Below, in pieces: positions 26,024 to 36,405 of a stretch of DNA of 64,000 nt. Under the pieces are notes generated by a model that ran no database searches, was not told where the DNA came from, and worked only from the letters and a program-made list of their open reading frames with translations. The stretch covers positions 65,658,001-65,722,000 of the forward strand of contig NC_042999.1 in NCBI RefSeq assembly GCF_006345805.1, given 5' to 3'. The stretch comes from Octopus sinensis (lineage: Eukaryota). Made by a program: the position numbers and the translations under genes. The first letter of the stretch is position 1; each line of letters opens with the position of its first letter.

Positions 26024-26195
26024 AAGCGGTGGGCTGGGAGAATCAGTAGCACGCCGGGAAAAGTGAGTAGTGGTGTTTCGTTCGTCTTTACGTTCTGGAT
26101 TCAAATACTCAGAAGGGCGATTTTGTTTTGCATCCTTTAAGAGGCAATAAAATAAATACCAGTTGAGCGCTAGGATCGATGTAATCAGATTACCC
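26024..26195 (+). mobile_element. Degenerate SINE family A copy
   Basis: GAAGCGGTGGGCTGGGAGAATCAGTAGCACGCCGGG...TTACGTTCTGGATTCAAAT...GCATCCTTT...AAATAAATACCAGTT aligns to the 63324 copy. Confidence 0.6.
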
Positions 26196-26358
26196 TCTCA
26201 TTGGGTCATATGACAAAATGTGAAACCAATATTTTATAACATATAATCTCTCGCTGGTAATGAAATGCGCGCAAGAAAGTCTAGAGAAATATTTTACAAA
26301 CAATACTGTATAGACGATCACCTCATGGCTTCATTGGAAGGTACCGCACGAGTGAAAA

Positions 26359-26916
26359 TATATAGGGAAGTGGATATAAAAATACAGAGGTTTTTTAAAG
26401 ATGTTTATTGACTTGATCGGTTTCAAAAGAAAAAAAAAGATTTTTAAAAGTAAAAGATAAGGCTTTGTGTAGACTTTGTGGTGTTAAAAAGTAGTTAACA
26501 TAGATGTATTAAAATACATTGATAAAAAAAATGTTAAGAGGGGCTTTGTGTTTAAACACTTAACGTAAAAGTGTGCAAAATAGGTAGTAAGATAAATTCA
26601 TAATTATTTATAAATTCATCAAAAATCATGGTTATACACAAGCATAAATACAGAAAAAAAATTATTGACAATATTTGATAAGAGAAAGCGTGTATTGCTT
26701 AATCAAAACTTCATCAGAAATCATATTTAAGTATTTCGATAGAATTTTAGGGGAATGACCAACCTTTTTATTCCTTCATTTCCTCTTTTGTATGCTTAGA
26801 AATAGCAACTATGCCTGCCAACACAGAGATGGTTGCTATTTTTAAAAAGTGAAACCGGTGAAGTCGATAAACATCTTTAAAAGACCTCTGTATTTTCAAA
26901 TCCTCTTCCCTATATA
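26359..26916. mobile_element. Element bounded by 67-bp inverted repeats (26359-26425 and 26850-26916) ending in TA, with an HHR-like motif on the minus strand
   Basis: TATATAGGGAAGTGGATATAAAAATACAGAGGTTTTTTAAAGATGTTTATTGACTTGATCGGTTTCA versus the reverse complement of TGAAACCGGTGAAGTCGATAAACATCTTTAAAAGACCTCTGTATTTTCAAATCCTCTTCCCTATATA. Confidence 0.8.
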
Positions 26917-26980
26917 TGTATGTATATATATATATATACATATATATACATATATATATATGTATAAATATATATGTATA

Positions 26981-27011
<31 letters not shown>

Positions 27012-27148
27012 GTATGAATATACATATGTATATGTATATATATATATGTGTATATATATATGTATGAATATACAATGTATTATGTAATATATATCTATGT
27101 ATGAATATTATATATGTATGAATATACATATGTATATGTATATATATA

Positions 27149-27248
27149 NNNNNNNNNNNNNNNNNNNNNNNNNNNNNNNNNNNNNNNNNNNNNNNNNNNN
27201 NNNNNNNNNNNNNNNNNNNNNNNNNNNNNNNNNNNNNNNNNNNNNNNN
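27149..27248. other. Assembly gap (100 N, placeholder size)
   Basis: Run of exactly 100 N. Confidence 0.99.
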
Positions 27249-27533
27249 AATGATGGTAAATTTTTTTTTTAGTTAAAAAGGTCGAGTTGCGTCCCCTATA
27301 CAGTCTGTGGTTTGTGTTTCTGATTCTCGACCCCATGTCGAATTTATCGATTTTTTTCAGAACTGGGGGAACTTTTCAAAATTTTCGCTGCGTTAGTTTT
27401 GAATTATGACATTGGGCTATGTGTGTGTCAAGTTTCATCAGAATCGGTTGAAAGCCGTGGTCATGGTGAGGGTACAACCTAACAGACACACAGAAACACA
27501 CACAGACAAACTGCCGTTTATATAGAGAGAGAT
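27249..27533 (+). mobile_element. Second copy of the Helitron-like element, 5' end lost in the gap
   Basis: Closely matches 17735-18022, including the 3' end ACAAACTGCCGTTTATATAGAGAGAGAT. Confidence 0.75.
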
Positions 27534-27863
27534 ACACATACATACATATATATATATATACACATACATACATATATATATATACACATACATACATATA
27601 TATATATACACATACATACATATATATATATACACATACATACATATATATATACACATACATATATATATACACATATATATATATATATATACACATA
27701 TATACATATATATATATAGACATACATACATATATATATATACGCATACATACATATATATATATACACATACATACATATATATACACACATACATACA
27801 TATATATATATATACACATACATACATATATATACACACATACATACATATATATATATATAC

Positions 27864-27898
<35 letters not shown>

Positions 27899-28009
27899 CA
27901 AATACATACATATATATATATATATACACAAATACATACATATATATATATATATACACATACATACATATATATATATATACACATACATACATATATA
28001 TATATATAC

Positions 28010-28052
<43 letters not shown>

Positions 28053-28053
28053 A
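27534..28053. repeat. (CATA)n/(TA)n microsatellite
   Basis: Direct inspection. Confidence 0.93.
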
Positions 28054-28239
28054 GGCACAGGAGTGGCTGAATGGTAAGTAGCTTGCTAACCACCACATGG
28101 TTCCGGGTTCAGTCCCACTGCGTGGCACCTTGGGCAAGTGTCTTCTAATGTAGCTTCGGGCCGACCAAAACCTTGTGAGTGGATTTGGTAGACGGAAACT
28201 GAAAGAAGCACGTCGTATATATGTGTATATATATATATT

Positions 28240-28271
<32 letters not shown>

Positions 28272-28472
28272 CGTGTATGTTTCTGTGTGTGTTTGTCCCA
28301 ACCGATGCTGGTGTGTTTACGTCCCCGTCACCTAGCGGTTTGGCAAAAGAGACCCATAGAATAAGTACTAGGCTTACAAATAATAAGTCCCGGGGTCGAG
28401 TTGCTCGATTAAAAGCGGTGCTTTAGCATGGCCGCAGTCAAATGACTGAAACCAGTAAAAGAGTAAAAGAGT
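28054..28472 (+). mobile_element. tRNA-derived SINE family B, full length
   Basis: GGCACAGGAGTGGCTGAATGGTAAGTAGCTTGC head, GGTTCAGTCCC B-box, GGCACCTTGGGCAAGTG core and GCATGGCCGCAGTCAAATGACTGAAACCAGTAAAAGAG tail. Confidence 0.92.
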
Positions 28473-28479
28473 ATATATA

Positions 28480-28690
28480 CAGGAAGAGCTTACGAAAAAA
28501 AAAAAGACGAAGACAGGTGGCGTACAAAACAAACAAATGTATTAGTATAACGCTCAGGAATAGAAAAGTCTTTTACATTTCGAGCCTACGCTCTTCTACA
28601 GAAAGGGACACAGAAAAAACATGGAGAGAAACAAGGAGAGAAAATATGTGTGTAGTGGCTAACAATCTATCATGGCGACTTCAGATGTAT
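28480..28690 (-). repeat. Dispersed repeat (Penelope-terminus-like) with GAAGAG-CGTAGG-CTCGAAA motif; relative at 55500-55690
   Basis: Minus strand TAGAAGAGCGTAGGCTCGAAATGTAAAAGACTTT and CTAATACAT...CACCTGT match the plus-strand copy at 55568-55660. Confidence 0.6.
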
Positions 28691-28699
28691 TGGTAGTTA

Positions 28700-29060
28700 A
28701 GTTGAAGACACCAGAATTTAGTATGGTATTATCCATATAATTTAAAATAAGGTGATTATAATCCAAATAAGCAACAAGGTTCTCCAGAAGTAATGCAGTA
28801 CGATCGTTTCATGTGACTCCATTTGATTGAACAATGCAAACATTGCATCAATTTAAAATGTAGAGCAATTTTCAGCTGCATAAAAAAAAAGGGATTTAGT
28901 TAAATTCGAGGGATGCATTTGCATAACTTTTTTTTTTATCCAAAATCACCTAGATGATAAGGAGATAGACAAAGAACATGTTTTATCAACAACATCACAG
29001 TTGCAACTGAGATTTTTTCAAAACAAAACGACTCTGCTTATCACTGATCATTTCTGTTAT
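28700..29060 (-). repeat. Dispersed repeat carrying a decayed HHR (28790-28882); partial relative at 47750-47880
   Basis: CACCAGAATTTAGTATGGTATTATC...AAATAAGCAACAAGG is shared with 47755-47823; the minus strand reads AUGCAG-CUGAAAA...GAAAC-GAUC-GU-A-CUGCAU. Confidence 0.6.
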
Positions 29061-31344
29061 TTAGATTTACTAGTTATTCAGTTGCAGAAGGTATGCATGT
29101 AAACAACTAATCCTTCATTTTCAAGTAGCTAAGAGTAATAACTCCAAAATATGAAAATATTAGAGACATTTCTCTTCTTTTCTTTCTGTTTTCACGCGTA
29201 TACTTCACTTTGTACAGTATTGCCACTGTACAATTTTCACAATACACGCAGGTGCAAACACACACACAAACACAAACCCCTCACCCCCCAACATATACAC
29301 GTCTATGCATGTATACATGTACAAAGATTGGTGACAAGTTTTTTGGTTTTGTGTATTAAAAAAATACAGGAATATCAGTTAATTATGATTTTATTGAACA
29401 TTTTCCCCTCTCTGATACACACACTTATTGAAGCGGTTCTTCAATTTTCTTAAGCCATGCCAAAGAACTTGGAAGGGTGGGCCAGCCTTCCAGACTTTTC
29501 GCGATACCCTTAAAGTGAAGTACTCTTCTACGCAACTCGTTTATTCTATGAGCAGAGAAATTCTCCTTCTTTCAATATTTAAAGTTTCAGTAAAAATTAA
29601 TAATAGAGGTTTATATAGTTTTACTCCTGTTAGAACATTCAAGAAACCAGCCCGCCTTTTGAAATAGTCTATAAACCGAACGCGTTCAAAGTTAGATAAT
29701 TGTTATAAGTATCAGTTTCCAAACATGTTTGTGTCTCTTCATGTGTGTCTTTCTCTATCTCATCTTCTCGAAAACCATGATTGGTTTGTTTACGCCTCTG
29801 TAAGCTAGCTATTCCACAAATTAGACAATAATTGCAAAACTTGAAAAAAAAGAAGCATACGGTTTGTTGAACCTTGAAGAATGCTAAACAAGCCAAAATT
29901 AGAAGATATTACAATATCGAAATATTTATGCTTTAGGATATTTAAGTGGTTCCGCAAAAGAGAACGACAGAATAAATAACAATTTAAAAACGTAAGGACT
30001 TAAGTTAATACTTTCCAATAAATTTTTTCATATCTGTACCACAACATGGCTGCAGACTAATAACTGAAACGAGTAAAAGATAAAAGACATATGATATACA
30101 TGAAAAACGCACGCGCACACACACACGCACACATACACACGCATACAAACACACAAGCACGCTTATACTACACACATGTCCTTTTATTCTTTTATGCACT
30201 TCACCCCAACGTCTGCGGCCATGCTGTAGTTTGGCCCTTGTAATCACCTTTTCGATGCCCATTCTTATACGTTTCACACTTGGTAAAGGAGTGAGATTGA
30301 CATTGCTCTTTTGGATTTCCTTTTGACATGAGTGTGTATGTCTTTATGTATGTATGTATGTGTGTGATTTATATATAATATATATTTATCTATGTGTCTA
30401 TGTCTAAGATTGTTTGGAATATACTACAGCATAGCAACAGTTACATAGGTAGTTATGCATACAGTGATTTTTGCCCGAGACAAAATAGGGTACAGTTCTA
30501 TATAGCTTCCATATTAAAATTCACCGATAGAATTTTCATGCAAAAATTTATTGACTGACATTGTGAATTATCGTATATTCAAACACCATATAGTAATGTA
30601 ACAGCATTCTATCTTTTACACAACACCATTTTCACTCATTCTTCCACTAATTATCCATTTACCGAATTCACTAAGACGGGTTTGGTCAGCGCAGAGCTAT
30701 AGTCTAAGACATTTTCTCAGTAAGCCGTTCTGTGAAACCGATCCAAATCCTACGTGGCTGCAAAGGGAACATTTAATCTACATCCATATTTCCTCTACAT
30801 GTAATAGCTCACAATCTAAAATTATATAAATATTGTTTCCGCTAAGGTGAAAAATGAACCAGTAAATTTAATTTTCATATATTAGAACACAGGAAAGAAT
30901 GGCAGGCAGACGTATAGAAAACAGTTTTGAATGTATTGAATTCTTTCAGTTGTTACCTCGTATCTTCAGGATATTACGGTATCATATTGTAAAAAATTAA
31001 TGACTTGAAAATGGAGAAAACCTGAACATAATTGTCATATTCTATGATAGTTCACCTTAAAATAGAAAATATGATCTATATCATATATTCTACATTGAAT
31101 GATTTTAACTAGTTCTTTACACTTTTGCATCTTTTACGTATTCATGTACCTCATACGTTCATGCATTCTCCTCCAAAACACGTACATAGGTATACGTATA
31201 CATACGTGTTCATGTATATGTAAACATACGCCCATATATGTGTATACATGTATATATATATGAATGTGTGTATACGGGATTGACATACTCAGGAAAACAC
31301 CTCCCCTTCGAGTGATTTTTCTAGTAACTGAAAGAATAGCAATC

Positions 31345-31398
<54 letters not shown>

Positions 31399-31734
31399 TA
31401 TGTATCTCTCTATATGTATGTATATCTGTATATAATTTGTATTGCATTTTGTTGTATCTGTAGAAAACTCCATTGTCTGATGCGTCCTTTCTCAAAGAAA
31501 TCAATTGGGAGTTCTCAGGAATTTTTCTTCGCTTTCTTAAAGTGAATGGCTGAATCCATTGGAGATCACCCCCCGTTTTCTGAATAAGGACATCCTATTG
31601 ACATACAACTGTTTGAATTAAAATTGCTGCAATCTCAAAAGCAATGAAAAGATTAGGAATTAGAAATTACTATACAACGGACATGAATTAATTTCAACTC
31701 TCAAACTTAACATTTAAATTTAATCATTGTGATT

Positions 31735-31771
<37 letters not shown>

Positions 31772-32514
31772 TAAATAGATAGATAGACAGATATAGATTC
31801 AGTGGGTTTTACTGTGCTAGCACTGCTACCGGGTTTTTAATTGTTTACGAAAGTTAAGATTTTAATTTGAAATTTCTGGTTAAATAATGAAAAGAAATAT
31901 GCTTTTATTCAGTAGCTTGTGTTGTGTTAAAACCGCTACCAGGCTTTACGTTATAAATTTATATAAAACTAATTATCTGTCGTAACATCTATCAATTTCT
32001 TTTTCCCCCATCACTATTCTGCTTTTTACAATTTCTTTTCACGTCTCCCTACCACACACATACGCACACACACGCACGCATATATATCGGTAAAACCCGG
32101 GTATGGTAGCTGCTGTGAATCAACATGCGCCTTTTTTTAAAAAGAATTGCTGAGTCTGGACGAATTAAAAAGAACTTTGACGGGATTTGTAGTCAAAACG
32201 TGTAAATATGCAAAGATATGTCCAACGTATTGGCTATCTGGGTCAGTTGGTGAAGAACTGAGATGTTCAACCGAATACTGCGATAAAAATGTGTTGTGTG
32301 GACGCCTCCAGAGGATGAAGTAGGCTAGCCCAATACATAAATATAGAGCGAGAAGTCTAGACGTCGAGGAGCAGAGAAAGCAGAGTTGAGTAGAAGATTT
32401 CGTAGCTCTCACAGCCACTGTGTAGTATTGCGATATAACAGTGGCGACGAAGTTTCGAATAGTACCGAAATGGAAGAGTTACTGAAAGCAGTTGTAAAAG
32501 AGCAGCAGCAGTAG

Positions 32515-32718
32515 CAGCCGTTCAAGAATTTGGACCTGGAGCTCTCCATTTCCAGCGACTTCGAGGGCCACCTCCCAGTAGTGTCGGGCGTCAACGAAGA
32601 GCCCTCGACTACAACAAGACGACCAAAGTTTTTTTTTCAAGGTCTGGGGTCTCCCGCCCCTAAGCCCTAGACCATCACATAATCACCCTTACCCGTCTTG
32701 CTGCTTAACAACAACAAC
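32515..32718 (+). mobile_element. About 200-bp retro-insertion with (CAA)n tail and 17-bp TSD, probably a LINE 3' end
   Basis: Flanked by AAGAGCAGCAGCAGTAG (32498-32514) and AAGAGCAGCAGCAGCAG (32719-32735); ends in CTTAACAACAACAAC. Confidence 0.6.
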
Positions 32719-32736
32719 AAGAGCAGCAGCAGCAGT

Positions 32737-33095
32737 GGGGGCGCAATTGCCCAATGGTTAGGGCACCGGACTTGCGGTCGGAGGATCGCGGTTTCGATTC
32801 CCAGACCGGGCGTTGTGTGTGTTTATTGAGCGAAAACACCTAAAGCTTCACGAGCCTCCGGTAGGGGGTGGTGGCGACCCCTGTTGTACTCTTTCGCTAC
32901 AACTTCCTCTCACTTTTTCTTCCTGTTTCTTGTCCTCGACTTCATACGCAACCGCTGAGTCTGGATGCGCATTCATCCATCCGTCGATGCTCTCGGTGTC
33001 GGGGGTTGACCTGCTTTCTCTTCTGCGGGTCTTAAGGATAGCAAAGGACCACGTTTCGGACTTCTCCCATCTTGCGAGCTCTGGGACGAAGACTA
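32737..33095 (+). mobile_element. tRNA-derived SINE family C inserted in Gypsy gag
   Basis: A-box TGCCCAATGGTTAGG and B-box GGTTTCGATTCCC; homologous along its length to the minus-strand copy at 51142-51519. Confidence 0.88.
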
Positions 33096-34672
33096 CAGAA
33101 GTTAACAGAATTGTTACTGCAGTCGAGAAATACGACAGAATCATTTCCAGCGGACGGAGTTGCAAATTCCATCGAAGAATTTCACTACAATCCGGATGAA
33201 GCAACTACCTTTGCTTCATATTACAGACGATAAAGAAGACATATTCCGAGATGAATGCTAAGGATGGCCTAGACAAAGGAAAGTAAGGCTCTTTTTGCGA
33301 AATCTTGCTCCTCCGGAACACGAAAGCCAGCGAAATTGTGTTTTGATGAAACGATAAATATTTTGACTAATATTATTAGCGAGAAAATTTCGCAGTTTAA
33401 CATTCGATGGGAATGTTTAAATCTAAAGAAAAGCAGAAGCAGCACGTAGGTCGAACAGGAAGAGAAAACATACAGAAATGATGGAAATTAACGCTAAGAG
33501 AAAAAGATATGCCAGTTTCTCACCGAGGAAATAAAATTGATAAATTCGGGTTTAAAAAAACTAAAAAGCGGGGGATGGGAGTGGACGATGAAGTAGACTT
33601 GCGCAATACTTAGAATTAGAGGGAGAAGTCTAGACGTCGAGGAGCAGAAAGAGAGTAGAGAGAGCAGAGTTGAGTAGAGGCCATCCGAACGTGCGACAAC
33701 ACAAAATGCATGTGGGAAAATGAAGGTAAAAAGTAGGTAAGGCATGGTCAGCGCTAAACCACGATGGTAAGGCGGAAATTCTACTAGACAGATCGATTGA
33801 AGGTGAGATGCCTGAATCTTCGGAAACATAATACAAACTAAGATCAGTTACTCTACAGAGTGTTTATCGCTGAATATTCGACCGAAGATAATCGTGCTGC
33901 TCTTAACACGGAGCAAACAATCCGAATGTGCTAATTACTTTTCCTACATACTAATCACGTTTGGCTCAAACACATCCATTTGTTATACGCCCTCAGAATT
34001 GAAATCCCGGGTTATGACCCACTATTTCAAATATATTAGATGTGACTCTGTGGCACAGATGGCATCTGGCGTTATTTTTATTATTATTATTTTCACATAG
34101 ACAATATGAGTGAATTCTACCTTCTTCTGATGTAGCATGCATTTTATCTTCACATTATCTGATATATGACGATTACATGTTATCTGTTGCCATGGCTATT
34201 CATTGAAAACTGACAGGATCGCCTAAAATCCATGCTGATTAAATCCCGTATATTTGTATTGCCAGTTTTAACATGTCAACGCCAGACACACTACTCTTTC
34301 CCCCATTAACATCACACTACTTTCAGTATAAGCAATTCTTCAGACCAATAAATAACATAATGTGTCAGTTACATATAACGTAGCCTCGAGAAGTAATTGC
34401 TTAGTCATAGGCATTTACTTTATCCATACTTTCGATATATATTTATTTAATTTAGCTGTTAATCTCTTTCACAAGATGTTATTTTATGCCCCAATTTGCA
34501 CACTGAATTCGAAACATTTAATTTGTTTTCTATATTTAAACGAACGCAGACTTATTTATTTTAAGATGGTTAATTTGTTATGATACTATTTGTCTGGCGT
34601 ATAAACGGTTTTGGTTTGGCCAGCCGGTTAATTGTAACATCAGTGGGATTTCAGTCAATGTTTTCCTCTATT

Positions 34673-35262
34673 AGTCATGCCAGGAAGCTGAACCGCTTTC
34701 AAACAATACGCCTCAGAAAACTTCTCGGCATAAAGTGGCAGAACAGGATCCTGGAAACCGAGATACTAATATGTGCTAACCTGCCCAGCACCCATTCCAT
34801 CTTGATGCAGTCTCAGCTTCGCTGGGCAGTGCATGTAGCTCGCATGTTAGACGATCGATTACCAAAAAGATTGCTCTTTGGCGAGCTGAAAAAGGGGAAA
34901 CGCTCACAAAACGGCCAGAAGAAGCGCTTTAAGGACACTCTGAAAGCCTCACTGAAAGCCTTCAACATCGACCATGACACTTGAGAACAGACTGATCTAG
35001 ACAGAGAAAGGTAGCGATCAGCTATCCACAAGGGTGACAACATATGCGAGACGAATAGGATCGCCGCTACAGAAGACCGCAGAAAGCCAGAAAGAACAGA
35101 ACTAACGACCCTGTAGCAGGCGTTACCATACCCTGTCCACGCTGTCAAAGAATCTTTTGGGCGCAGATTGCTCTCAATGGCCATCTGCGAACTCACAAAA
35201 CAAGCCCCCCCCCCCAGGATTACTAGATGGTCTCTATCGCATCGACGGACAAACAACAAAAA
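34673..35262 (+). mobile_element. RTE-clade LINE 3' end, degenerate
   Basis: QLRWAVHVARMLDDRLPKRLLFGELKKGKRSQNGQKKRFKDTLKASLK; C-terminal finger CPRCQRIFWAQIALNGHLRTH; tail TCGACGGACAAACAACAA. Confidence 0.9.
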
Positions 35263-35508
35263 AACGATTTTGTTTTAGTATGGATACATGCTAACTGAGA
35301 GACCAGAAAGAGGCAGAAATGCGTTTGTAGCATTCTCACTGCCACTGCTACGCGATTTTGGTCTATTGTTGAAATATTTTAGATTTTAAACATACGATAT
35401 ATTAAATTTGGATGAATACCATAGTTAGTTTGCTTTTTCCCGATGTATCTCCATTACGTATGATACGCATTGAATTGTGAATACCACGGATGAATCTCAT
35501 TTCTAGAC

Positions 35509-35922
35509 CAGTGGTTCTCAAACAGGGGCCATATTGCCCCTGAATACTACACAGTGGCTGTGTGAGCTACGAAATCCTCGTCACCGCTGTTATATCGCAA
35601 TACTACACAGTGGCTGTGTGAGCTACGAAATCCTCGTCGCCACGGTTATCCGGAATCCACAATAGTATTTTAAGGGCCTCTGAAAAAAAAACTTTTGCTT
35701 TAGATGTATTGGTATTTATTGCAAGAAATAACCAGGTTTCTGTCTCTAACATTTTACATAGTCCAAACTACACAAGTTAATGTGTGTACAAGAAAATAGG
35801 AATTTTGAAAGAAGTTTTTATAAAACTAGTTTTTGAACATCGAACGGCTATGCGGTTGCGGTCTACCAGAATAAAGTAGTAATCAAAGGAGTCCATAGAT
35901 GAAAAATGGTTGAGAACCCTCG
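35509..35922. mobile_element. hAT (Charlie-like) MITE with 8-bp TSD, containing a tandem 56-bp Gypsy leader/PBS segment
   Basis: TIRs CAGTGGTTCTCAAAC and GGTTGAGAACCCTCG; flanks TTCTAGAC (35501-35508) and TTTTAGAT (35923-35930) fit the NTCTAGAN target preference. Confidence 0.72.
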
Positions 35923-36089
35923 TTTTAGATGAACCCAGTATATAAGGATTTAGCATTTACGTTTAAAGAAATGTCGACACTACATAGCCTCAAGAATATT
36001 AGCAAATGTAGTCGATGTTTTTGATTGTCCATTCGTTAGGAAGTAAACATACTGCAAGGGAATCTTTAGCAAGAAGTCTTTAGCAAGAA

Positions 36090-36405
36090 ATAGCCTTCTA
36101 TTATCGCACCGAACCACCTAATGGCTTCTGTGTGTGACTTTGGTTTGCAGAAAATATATAGAAGCTTGTCATATATATGTGTGTGCGAGAGTGACTGTGT
36201 TTGTGCCCACACACATGCACACTCCAACTCTTGACACCAAGTGCTTTATATATTTATGACACTTAAAGTTGCGGTTCGGCAAAAAGGTATCGATAGAATA
36301 AGTGCCTGACTGCAAAAATAAGTATTAAGGTCGTGTTTACGAGTAAACGCTTCAAGGTGGTGCCCCAGTATGGCTGCAGTCTAATGCCTGAAACACGCAA
36401 TAGAA
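36090..36405 (+). mobile_element. Old degenerate SINE family B copy
   Basis: GCGGTTCGGCAAAAAGGTATCGATAGAATAAGT and GGTGGTGCCCCAGTATGGCTGCAGTCTAATGCCTGAAAC match family B body and tail. Confidence 0.6.

Larger units (their letters stand above)
32290..33701 (+). mobile_element. Internally deleted Gypsy LTR retrotransposon (Mag/K02A2.6-like): LTR-like repeat, PBS, gag N-terminus fused to pol C-terminus, PPT, 3' LTR; carries nested insertions
   Basis: GATATAACA-G-TGGCGACGAAG PBS (32442-32452); ATG at 32470 MEELLKAVVKEQQQ; 33096 onward QKLTELLLQ...ANSIEEFHYNPDEATTFASYYRR, EDIFRDEC*GWPRQRKVRLFLRNL and FNIRWECLNLKK; pol tail RRSNRKRKHTEMMEINAKRKRY; PPT AAAAAGCGGGGGA (33563-33575) followed by TG; direct repeat about 32298-32393 versus 33581-33678. 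Confidence 0.78.

Noticed and set aside
32737-32805. tRNA genes at the SINE heads (also 28054, 41632, 51450, 53504, 63324)
   Set aside because: A and B boxes are present, but I could not form a complete cloverleaf or acceptor stem, and each head continues into a shared SINE body.
21755-35649. CRISPR-like repeat-spacer patterns (21755-22085 and 35543-35649)
   Set aside because: Spacers are TA runs or absent, there are no cas genes, and the context is eukaryotic.
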